Source: Camelus ferus (Eukaryota). Taken from it: DNA of 64,000 bases. The stretch is from assembly GCF_009834535.1 (NCBI RefSeq), contig NC_045696.1, positions 186,001 through 250,000 on the forward strand, written 5' to 3'. Positions 53,601-64,000 of this stretch are shown piece by piece. The notes under the pieces were generated by a model. That model saw nothing but the letters and a program-made list of their open reading frames with translations. It was not told the origin of the DNA and searched no databases. A program made the position numbers and the translations under genes. Each line of letters opens with the position of its first letter. The stretch's first letter is position 1.

Positions 53601-56600
53601 CCCCGAGATCTGACAGGCAGGCAGTAGGCGACACACACAGGCTACTTTTTACAGAAAAGGAAGACTGAGTCATAGCGTGGAATGAAGATTATGGGGGCAA
53701 AGTCCACGGAGAATCCTTCCCAGGCACTGCCAGGCCCTCGTGAGGGACAGTGGCGTGTGCTGGGTGGGACACGCTACTCTGAGCCTCCCACTGCCCCTCC
53801 AGAGGAGAATGTCTCATTGTGGCCCTCCTGTCCCCATCCCCACTCTGGATGTGTGGTGGGCGGACAGACTCAGGTAACTTGCCTCCTAGGTCACAGTCTT
53901 CCTGCTGAGAAGGAAACACACTCCAGAAGCTGTCCCTGAAGAATCCTGTGAGCCCACGGAGGCTCACCTGCACACAACCTGATGTAGGTGACAAGGTCCT
54001 GGGATTCCAGCCACCACCCGGGGATGAGGCTGGGTGGGTCTAGGAGAGTCTCCTGTGCTGGTACTTGCAGTTTGGCCAGAGGGCTGGCCTCAGCAATGCC
54101 GCTTTTCCCACACGCTCTTCCCCACTGTAGCCTTGCCAGCCCCCCACCAGGAGGGGACATCTGATCTCGCCCCTTGGTTCTGGGCTGGCCTTGCACCTGG
54201 AGTGGAAAATGGCACGAGGGATCCGGCACGACCTCTGAGACAAGCTCAGAAGAGACCAGGCTATGTCCACGGGTCCTGTTGGGACGCTCCCTCCTTCCGG
54301 CCCGAGAAGCTGACCGTCCAGAGACGGCCCTGTGCGTGGGTGATACACGCACAAGAACTTTGCCCGCTTATTCAGCTTTACTATGGGGGCTCCGTTAAGT
54401 TTAAATTTCCAAAAACTTATCCTTCCCATGATTTTATCTAAGTATTCTCTACATTTTTATTTATGGTAGCACTCAGTTGTACAATTAGATAATGAATATG
54501 CCTGTGTACATATTTCAGTTGTACTAAAGTTTTAAATATAGGGCCAATTCTCCCCCGTGTCTTTAACTTTTTGTTTTCAAAAAGCAAAAAATATAATTGT
54601 CCTCCAGTAGGAAAACTGCTAGGCATTAGCCTGCTAGACTTACCTGCTCTTGTCTTTAACAGTCTCTATTTTGTTTGGAAAACTGTTTGTTTAAATCTCT
54701 AAATAAGATCACTCACTCCCACCTCCTGGATCATTCTTGCTGGAGATGGTTCAATTCCACAGTTATTTATAAAACAAGGTACAGGAATCCTCATTACTGA
54801 ATAATTTTAACAATCTACTGAGTAGGTTTGTGTTGTTGACCACTTGGCTTCATATGGTTGAATCCTGTGTGCTGTGCTGGGCGCTCCGTGGAACAAGGAC
54901 ACACAGATGTGTGGTGCTTACAAGGTAGTTACACAAAAAAACGTTCTTGAGTGAAAAACCAAATAGATTAATCGAGTGATTTTTTTAAACTTTAAACCTG
55001 ATATGTTTTTATGGCCAATTTCTAAGAGTCCTTAGAAGTTATAAAAAGTATAATCAGATAAGTATTTGTGCAGAGTTCTGCCAAAGGGAAGCACCGCAGA
55101 GCTTGCTCTGGGTGCCTGTCCAGCTTCAGCCTGACATGTCCCCTCGCGTCCCTGGACACACGCAGAAAGCGAGGCTGAAGCAGCAGCTTCGTGTGGGGCA
55201 AGCTGCTGTGCTCCAACCTCCAGCTCCTTCTCAAAATTTGGAGGAAAAAAAAAAAAAAAAAGCTCAAAAACAAAAACAGAAACAAAAGCCCTCTTGTCTC
55301 GAGCTGGGCCCTGAGGTCGCCATGGATCCAAAGCAAACCCAGCGCCGCCGCGGCTGCCAGCTCTGCTCACGCTGGCTTCCCCCCTGGATGGAGCTCTGAC
55401 TTTGGAATGACTGGGTGGAAAACAAATGGATTCATGGAATTTGATGTGGGATAAAAATAATAGAACGTGATACCCTTGAACATGGATGTTCCAGCATGAC
55501 TGGCCAAACTGGGGCCTCCTGGATTCGAAGTTTTCTAAATTAGCCAGTGAGCTCAGTCTGCACTTTGGGGCCCTGAAAATCTGGCTCAGAAAGCAGCCCC
55601 TGCCCTCCCTTCTCTGCCGTTCTTTGCTGGGTTTTGCCTGCCTTCTGCACCAGGGATTCACCCGACAGTTGCAGTTCTTTCCATAGACAGGAAAGGTGAC
55701 TTTTTGGATGATAATGACCGTTAATCCGGTGCAGTAGGCCCATTACACTATAGATGTGTGTGTGCACACAGATTTCACTTTCTCCTCCAACAACCTTCAG
55801 GGGACATGGTTTCCCTCTTTCACAGAGGCTGAGGAAGTTTAAGTCGTTTGCCAAAGTTCTCTCCACAGAAACGGGATTTGAACCCAGCTCCAGACTTCAG
55901 ACCCAGCCTGGCCCATGGCCTGTGGCTGGTCGTGAGCAGCTCCCTCTAGACTAGGAAAGGCAATTAATTCTCATCTCCTTGGCACTTGCGTTCACTACAA
56001 CAGAAGCCTTTTGTCCCTCTCCCACGTCCCCTCAGAACACAGGCACCCTTTCTCCCCAGGGACATGGGTCACTGTGACCCACCTCGTGAGCAGCTTGGTG
56101 GTGGATGGCACTGTCTTTTGTGCAAGAGAACAATATTGCTGCCCAAGGCCGTCCCTCCTGGAAGACTCAGGCTGGACTGACTCTTCTCCCCCAGAGCAGG
56201 CTCAGCAGGGCTTGGGTCTGGTTACTGAGCTGCTCAGTATGGTCCCACTGAGAATCTGATTGCTGTGACCCCTGTGGAAGTCTTTCCCTTTGGAGACTAA
56301 GATTTCCAAACCATCACAAAGTTGCCAGCACAGGAAACAGAAACTCTGCAGGGAGATTATAAAGTGTGCTGGCGAGAGGCACACTGGCACTTCCAGATTC
56401 CCAGCCCCAGGCGTTCTGGCTGTGGGGGGCACAGCACCACGTAATGGTCCCTAATTCAAAGCATCCTGCATGACAGAACCCCGTCATTTCAGGGTGCTGC
56501 CTCCCCTCTGGTGCCATAGCCAACCCTTCAAGAAGCTACTCCAACTTTCCCAGGGGTCAGCCACTTCTGAGTGACAGGATCTGTGACAAGACTGGTCGAG

Positions 56601-59600
56601 CTCCTGGACCAGACGCCACTGTCACGATGGGTGAGGCTCCGTCAGGTCACGTGCACTGGTGCTGGCAGAAGCAGTGCAAGCAGGGAAGTCAAATCCATAC
56701 CAAGAATACGTATCTCTTCTGGTGAGGACAGATGTCTGCCTTTCTATGATGGAAGAGGTTCAGTGTAACCAAGCTGCCGCCACGCGTCTGGCTGGTCACC
56801 ACAGGACTCAGCACCGGTCTGGGCTGCAGGCAGGTGAGGCACTGGGTAGTGACAGCAGCTGGGTCAGCTTTGGTGAGGGCGTGCATGTTGCTGAGCCCCA
56901 CACGGCCACTCTGTTCACGGACACATCGAGTGAGCCCTGGAGCTGGCTGACACCTACAGGCCCATCATTTTCCACCTGATTACTAAGGGCCTATTCTGCG
57001 CTGCACACGTGGAACAGAAACTTATTCATGACTCTGCTCTTTCAGAGAAGTCCGTCCACAGGCCTCTTCCAGAGCCTTCCTCATCGCCAGTTTTCCAATC
57101 CTGCTCCTTCCAAGTTGTTGGCCAACCAAATCATTACAGCCCCCATGAGTAAACACAGGTCCTCAATCTGGCCTCTTCTCACTCCAGACGCAGGGAACAG
57201 CCAAGTGAGCTGCTGGAAGTGCTGCCCGTGGGAAGGTTTCCATCACCACGCCCTTCAGGGCAAACCCTTGAGTAGGGCTGTGCTGCTGCTTCTGCTCCCT
57301 TCAGGGTGGTCCCAGCACGTCACGCAGACCCACCCATAAAGCAGCCTCACGTTTGTTCTTCTGCAGCCAACTGGTTATAAGAAACAGCCCAGGAGGCAAC
57401 AGACAAGGATCGGGAGGGGAGGCAATGCAACAAGGGCCGGTGTCCAAGGAGTCTGAGCACCTGCTCATGTCTCCCGTGCTCTCCATGTGATGGTACACTG
57501 CTGGGACACGCACCCAACTCCATGGCCAGGTGGGTGGGACAGCACTTGAGCTGCAGAGTCTCCTGATGCCCTAGGTTAAGTGTTGAGTCTCCATTAAGGC
57601 CCAGCAGCAAGCCAGAAGCTGTTCTCCAAATGAGAATCATTAGCACCAGAGAGCACACAGACTTTCCGAAATCCTGTGCCAGAATCCCCCACGGGAGCTC
57701 ACCAGAGGGTCCATGCTGCAGCCCCCATGCCACAGACACTCTGAACACCATCGGATCTGCCAGATCCTGAAAACCAACAGTAAAGCAGCTCATACTGCAG
57801 CCAAACATGCTCTGGTCTCCACTTGAAACTGCCGGCGTCATGGGGTGACAGTACATGCAAACGTGGTATATGTAGCACGTCAAACTCCCAAACCCCACTG
57901 AAAGCTGGGCTTCTCCTCCTGGCGAGCAGTGCAGCATGCAGCGACTTGTCTTTCACTTAAAGGAGATATTTCAGTGTGTTCAGAGCCACTGAGTCCCCAG
58001 AAACTTCACTGAGGCGGTGGGCCGCACATTTCATGGGGTTTATCTCCTGCTCTCTAGTTTTTGTCTGTCTTACTAAGGCACCTGAAGTACCTGCCCCTTC
58101 CTTCTGACCGGACCTAGTCAGAACACTCTCATCAAAGGAGTGGACCACACCATCCAGATCCTGCAGACAATATCTGGGGCAGGTGTCCCTGGGGTGACAC
58201 TGAGGGCGTACCTTTGGCCCTGCCAGGTAAAAGCAAGTTGCTCCTGGTGGTCCTTGAAAATTGGTTTCAAGAAAAAGGCATTAGTCAGTCAATGGCTGCA
58301 CACAATGTCCCGGGGGCGTGTCACCATTCTCTGGTGGAGACACCAAAGTGTCCACAGCCATTCTCCAAGATCCAGCAGCTACTGCACCAGACAAATGGCA
58401 AGTTAAATGGGTTCGTGTTAAGTTCTGTCTGCTACATCAACCTTTGATGGTGGGACTAATCTCCTGGGGACAGCACTGCTTCTGGTTTACTAGAAGGGGT
58501 TGAGGGGGTCCCAGGAGCATAGCCTGGAAATAGCACTGGACTGGGAGCCGCGGGCTTGAGCTGACCAGCCTGGTCCCCAGCCTGTCCCCACACCCCATAA
58601 GGTGGGCCCTACTGCCTCAGCTGCCCTGTAGTCAGAATGGGCTTGCCCTGAGAAGCACAGAACCCACCTCCCTCTGAGGAAGGATCAGCTGGGCTCAGGG
58701 GGGCGTCGCACACGTGCCAGGCACCAGCACTGCGGCAGTGCCACCTCTGCAGGCCTTAGCCTGGACTCTGGACTTGGCCCTCAGTGTTCACAAAGAAAGC
58801 TTCAGCCTTCTCCCACAGGGGTAAAAACATAGTTTGGAATCCACTCATCCAACTACTGCATGCCTGAGTGTGGGGCTTGCCCTCTGGGCACAAACATCAG
58901 CGTCGGGGACAGCTGAGTGCAGGCTGTGCTCCAACCCCATTCCAGGGCTCACAGGGTGGGAAAGGGCTGCCCATCAAGGTGAGAGGGGTTTTCAAGGGCT
59001 GGGGGCCCCCAGGGTGGCATCCTGAGATACAGGCTGTAAGCTGACGCTAATTCCTGGGGCCACACACTAGTCAAAGCAGGAATTTGTGGTGGTCAGGTGA
59101 CAGTCTCAGCCAACTCACAGGGCTCCGGGGTGTACAGATTCTCCCCGGAGCTGTTTTCTCAGCTCCAGACAAACGTGCCCACTGCTGCACCCCTCACCGT
59201 CTCCCTCTGTTTGGGGGGAGGACCATTATGTAGGGAAAGCTGGTGCCAGTCTCTACAAGACAACTGTGAGCACAGACTTCATTGTGTGCTGATTCCTCTG
59301 CAGCCGTGGCGAACCGAGTCAGCAGAAGGGACTGGTTCTGGCTCAGACGGCCTTGGATGAGTCTGGGGCCAATGTGCTTTGCACAGTTTCTCTAAAGAAG
59401 GCCTGAAGGGTGCCACTGAAGACGGCTCCAGAAATGTGGTTTTTCTTGGCTGGTTGTGGGGCCTCAGTGAGCCCCCCCTCCCACCTGCGCCTCTCGTAAA
59501 ACAGGGCATTTGGACGGAATGTGACTGGGGCACTGTCCAACCCTGACAGCCTGCCGCCAGTCACCCCAGGGGAGCGGGAGGCCTTGGAGTGCGTCTGGCA

Positions 59601-59989
59601 TGTGTCCTCGATCATATTAAACACAGATTTCCCCCCTAAAAGCAATAAGTGTATATTTTGCCCCACATTTCCGTCCCTGCAGACGCTGGGCTCAGTGGCC
59701 TACCTCAGAGTACTGGTGTCCACGGGTGTCCACGGGTGTCCTGCCTGTGAGTGGGACCAGATCGGGGAGAAGCTCAGGGCCTCCCCACAGCGGGCCCTAA
59801 ATCCCCCGCATTCAGTCTGCTCTCGCTGCACATTTGCTTTGTGGGAATCGATCAATCATTTCTCCCCTCTCCCCACCCCCATCCTCGCCTTTAGAGGAAC
59901 ATCAGTATTCACGTACACACTTAAAAACAGCACAAAAAGCTGACTCCCCGCTTCCTGCCCCACAAGCCTTTTCTTCCTTGGCCCAAGTG

Positions 59990-60790
59990 CAGGCCTGGCT
60001 CCCCGCGAGCCCCCGGGTGGCGCGGTCAATGCTGCCCAGTGTGCGGCTCCCGCCCCTGGCCCCACTCCCGCCCCGTTGGCCGGCGGGGCTGCAGAGGAAC
60101 GTGCGGCTCCGCCCCCGCCGGAGGATAAGGGTCTGCCCCGCGCCCCGGACCCGCTCCCTGGACCCGCTCCCTGGACCCGCCCCCGGACCCGCCCCCGGAC
60201 CCCATTGGCCGGCGGGGCTGCAGAGGGCGCGCGGCTCCGCCCCCGCCGGAGGATAAGAGGCTGCCCCGCCCCCGGCCCCGCAGGAGCAGACGCCGTAGCC
60301 TCGAGGAGAGAGGAGCATCAGCCCGACTGCAGACGTGAGGACACTCCGGGGACACACTCCCACCTCTTGGGGCAGGGGGCCGAGGGGGCGGGGGCGGGAA
60401 CCGGGTGGTCGTCTTAAACCCCCTGAGGCTAACTGGCTGCGTTTGGAAAGCATGCCTCTTGTTACTGCTCTGGACCCGGCTGCCTGGAGCGCGCCTGCTC
60501 GCAGCGCCGGAGCCGGGCAGCCTCGGGCCGGGAGTCCGGGTTTCCCCGGAGGCGCCGCAGTCCGCCCCTTCGTTAAGGCTGACGCCCGGGCCGGCTCGGT
60601 CCCGGCTCGGGAGGACGCTCTCCCGGGCCCAGGAGGCACCCGCCCCCGTTTAAGGCAATTACAGGGCAAGGAAGTTCCAGGCCGAGCCAAGGAGCTGGGG
60701 CTTAGGTGGGTTTCCTTCCCCGTCTTACCGCTCCTCGGGGACCGTCCCGTCGTCGTGCGTGGTGTCCCTGCTAAGGAGTTAACGCCCAAA
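59990..60790 (+). promoter_or_regulatory. S100B: S100B promoter / non-coding exon 1 within a CpG-rich island
   Basis: ATTGG (reverse CCAAT) at 60204, GC boxes and GGATAAGAGGCTGCC at about 60251, which resembles my recollection of the mammalian S100B TSS region. It lies about 2.8 kb upstream of the coding exon. Confidence 0.75.
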
Positions 60791-63043
60791 GTCCTCTTGT
60801 TTTCAAGTGAAAGGGTAACATGGATGTATTGTTTCCTTTTCTCTTAAGAGACAAGCTTTACACCAACCGTCAATTGGGAAGAATTTAACTGGGAACATTT
60901 TTAAAAATTAATTTGTAGTGTGGCTATGAAGAAAATCACATTTTGTGGACTTTTCACACATAATGGAATATAAATTTTATGCCTTTCCTTTTAAAAAATC
61001 CCGCTAGTCACACATCACAAGAAATAATGTAGCGTTTCCTTTCACAAATTGTCACGGAGTTTGAGAAACATAAGGATGATGCAAAAGGTTCTTGGGGTTT
61101 GTTTTTGGTTTTTGGTCTCTTTAAAAAAATTAATAATTGAAAACTTGAGTTAAAAGGATAAAGTACAAAATGTTAAAAATTTTAATCCATCAGAGTTGTT
61201 CTCTCTACATGTGACATATCTGATTTTTAGGGACTTCAGAGCAAAATAATATTGATTATTAATAGGGTGAATTTAGCAAAGATCAGACCAAGGCAAAAAT
61301 CCTCAATCTTTTTTTCCTTTGGGAAATCAGAAATAAATAAAAATTTAAATATTATATTCCAATGTATTTTTAAGGTGTAAATATATTCAATATGGGAATG
61401 GTTTTTCAACATGAGATGTAATTCTTTTATTTATTTTTAACTATGACAGTGCCAAGATTCTTTAATGGTTAGAACTCAAGGCCAGAAGTTGGTAAATTTC
61501 TCTGGCTGAGTGTCTCAGTCTTGTGAAACAATTTACAAGCCGTCCTTTGTAAACTGCCTAGTTCTCAGGGTAGAACAGCTGTTTCTTAGGTTGCAGGCCA
61601 TGGAATAAGGTACAAGTCATGAGGAAAGATGAAGCCTCCTCCTCTGATAAGTGCAGAGAAAAGACGACAATCCTGGTCACTTGAGGCAGCGCCTCCGTGA
61701 ATGCAAAGTACCTGGCTCTGGCCCAGCCTCCGCCCCACTTCTGTTCTGGCCTCAGGGCCAGGTTGGGGGCGGAAGACATTTTCCTCTACCCTTCTGGGTT
61801 CTTCTGGCTGGTCTGAGAATTAAACAGACATGATTCGGGTTAACAGGAAAAACTCAAAGTTTAATAACATGTAAACATGGGAGACCCAGGAGAACTGAGT
61901 AACTCACCAAACTGGCTGAAATCCTCACCTTGAATAGCATCCTGAGCTAGACTAAAGAGGAGAGGATTGGGGTTAGTGATTTGGGACTTCAAAGAGGAGA
62001 AAAGCAATTCACATGGAGACGGAAAAGCAAATGTTTGGTAAAGCAAAGTATGCTCAGACCCCTAAGAGCTCCAGCGCCACACCTGGCCCACAGCCCCTGT
62101 TGACATCTCTGGTGCTCATTCTACTCCTGTAACAGGCCCTCCATCAAAATCTGATTCAGGCAGCTAAGGGCGAGGTCAAAGTTTCCTCCTGAATCTTTTG
62201 AGCCTTGGTTATTTTTAGCTCAAAATAATCAGCATGCTAATGAGACATTTATGGTGGCAAATTTTGCTCATCTGCACTGGCTTCATCAGATAACCGTATA
62301 ATACATGTTTGTTCCTTGATCTTCTTTTTCAAAAAATATTTGCCTCAATTCTACCATATTTATTTTTCCAGTTAAATTTTACAGCTGATGGGTCATGATC
62401 CTCATCAATCAAAAAAGTCTCATAAATATTTTTATTAAAAATGAGTTAAGTTTCTGTATTCATTCAAAGGAAAGCAACATTTTTTGACCTTAGTATCTTT
62501 TGGAAGGACCTGCACTTTTCTGGCTAAACTTACTCTTGGTCATATGTGTGTGCTGCTGTATAAACAGGACTTTCCCACTATGTTTCCTAAGTGTTTATTG
62601 ACAGAATGTAGGCATGCCATTGACTTTTGTGTCCTCATTTGGCTCTAGTCACCTTACTTCTTTCTGGTTAATTCTGGTTGCTCCCTGCACTGTCACCTCA
62701 TCTTGGAGCCCTGCCAGGGCAGAGGGCCTCCCAGGGAGGAGGCAGGAGTCAGTTCCCAAGCCCCCTCACTACTCTGCATCTCTGTTTTGGCTGAAGTTGC
62801 CCAGTGGCTGGACCCAACCAGAAGCCAGAGGGCTTGGGAACTGGATGTGGCCCTCAGAGACGGAGAAGGGAGAGGAGGGTGGGAGAGTGGCTCTAGGAGA
62901 TGGGAGAGCTGCGTAACTCCTGAGAAGGGAGATGAGCCACGGCCATACACCTGTCCTGGGCTGAGGGCTGCACTGGTCATACCTCCACTGCCCGCACTAG
63001 ACGGGCAAAGGCTTGAGAACCGTCTTTCTTTTTGGGCTCCAGG

Positions 63044-63181
63044 ATGTCTGAGCTGGAGAAGGCCATGGTGGCCCTCATTGACGTCTTCCATCAATATTCC
63101 GGAAGGGAGGGTGACAAGCACAAGCTGAAGAAATCTGAGCTCAAGGAGCTCATCAACAATGAACTCTCTCATTTTTTAGAG
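63044..63181 (+). CDS. S100B: S100 calcium-binding protein B, first coding exon ([46 protein letters not shown]); the rest lies beyond the window
   Basis: The translation matches S100B residues 1-46. Acceptor ctccag|G precedes the ATG and the donor is GAG|gtgagt. Confidence 0.98.
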
Positions 63182-64000
63182 GTGAGTCTTGCTTTTTAAA
63201 ACTCCCCTATGCTCTTTGTCCTCCGAGTTGCTTCCAAAAATGTGTTTGCACAGTTGAACCTTCAGTGTGGAGGCTGGCTTAGGTAGACCTCACACTTTCA
63301 TTTTCATCTGTTTTGTGTCCAGTAGGAGCATGAAGGAGGAACTGCTATCTCAAACACAGAAGTACAGGCTTCAAATAAAACTGACTTTTCTCTGAAAAAC
63401 CTAAGGATTTGCAGCAATATTGATGACAGAATGGGATGTAAAATATACTCATGACTTATCATGGGCCATAGTGAACATCTAAGCAGACTGTTAAAAATAA
63501 GCTTTTGTTCTTAGGAAAAGGACTCTAAGCTTTAGCTCCGTGGTCTGCATCCACCATGGTGATGATAAAGATGCCGTTCACTCAGCAGACACCACTGAGC
63601 TCTCACCACGGTCAGTGTCGCGAGAGACACAGCCCCGACTCAGCCTCTGCTTCTGGGGCACCCGCCCGGCTCGTCAGTGCATGGCCACAAGCCACTGACT
63701 GAGGGCATGAGAGAGAACCTGGCGTCTCTGAGGCCCTGGGGCCTGGGTTGGGGGGGGCTCCGTGGGGTGAGGACCTTGGAGAGGATCTCAGGAGACTGCC
63801 TGAGGGCTCCTGGTGAGCTCCATCTTCCTCACGGGTCCCACCCGGTGGAAGTGTGTCCAGACTCTTCATCGAGGACTCCCTGCCTCACCCCCATTTCCCA
63901 GGCCTTGGGTAAGCCACACGTCACCTCTCCTGAATCAGTCTCCTGTCCTCGAGGCCATGAACTGTCCTCCTGCAATCCACCTGGTACCTGACTTCCCTTG

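Noticed and set aside
59715..59741. 10-bp tandem repeat GGTGTCCACG x2.7
   Set aside because: Ordinary slippage duplication with no evidence of function.
60147..60203. Short direct repeats resembling an array
   Set aside because: There are no spacers and the context is a eukaryotic promoter, so it is not CRISPR.
59902..60847. Long GC-rich ORFs (295 aa minus strand, 170 aa plus strand)
   Set aside because: Stop-poor CpG island and tandem repeats produce low-complexity P/G/A/R translations.

Overview
This is mammalian genomic DNA, repeat-rich and probably camelid judging by its tRNA-derived SINEs (inference). It holds three recognisable genes. (1) A complete PRMT2 on the minus strand: 10 coding exons reconstructed with canonical GT-AG ends, 1305 nt / 434 aa (SH3 domain plus type I arginine methyltransferase), with a CpG-island promoter at about 48.4-49.35 kb. 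(2) The 5' part of S100B on the plus strand, divergent from PRMT2: promoter at about 60.0-60.3 kb and first coding exon at 63044-63181. (3) An intact intronless vomeronasal type-1 receptor (V1R) ORF at 11743-12672, plus a small V1R pseudogene fragment near 1.9 kb. Most of the rest is L1, LTR/MaLR, DNA-transposon and SINE debris. I see no new multi-gene system. The best second-look items are a degenerate telomere-like tract between the V1R block and PRMT2, a TSD-flanked orphan retroposed 3'UTR, a tandemly duplicated S100B core promoter with a possibly mutated exon-1 donor, a possible ORF1-only (HAL1-like) L1, an inverted SINE pair in a PRMT2 intron, and uORFs/NAGNAG acceptors in PRMT2. Repeat family names are recognised by eye and need RepeatMasker/Dfam confirmation. 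Repeat boundaries are approximate.
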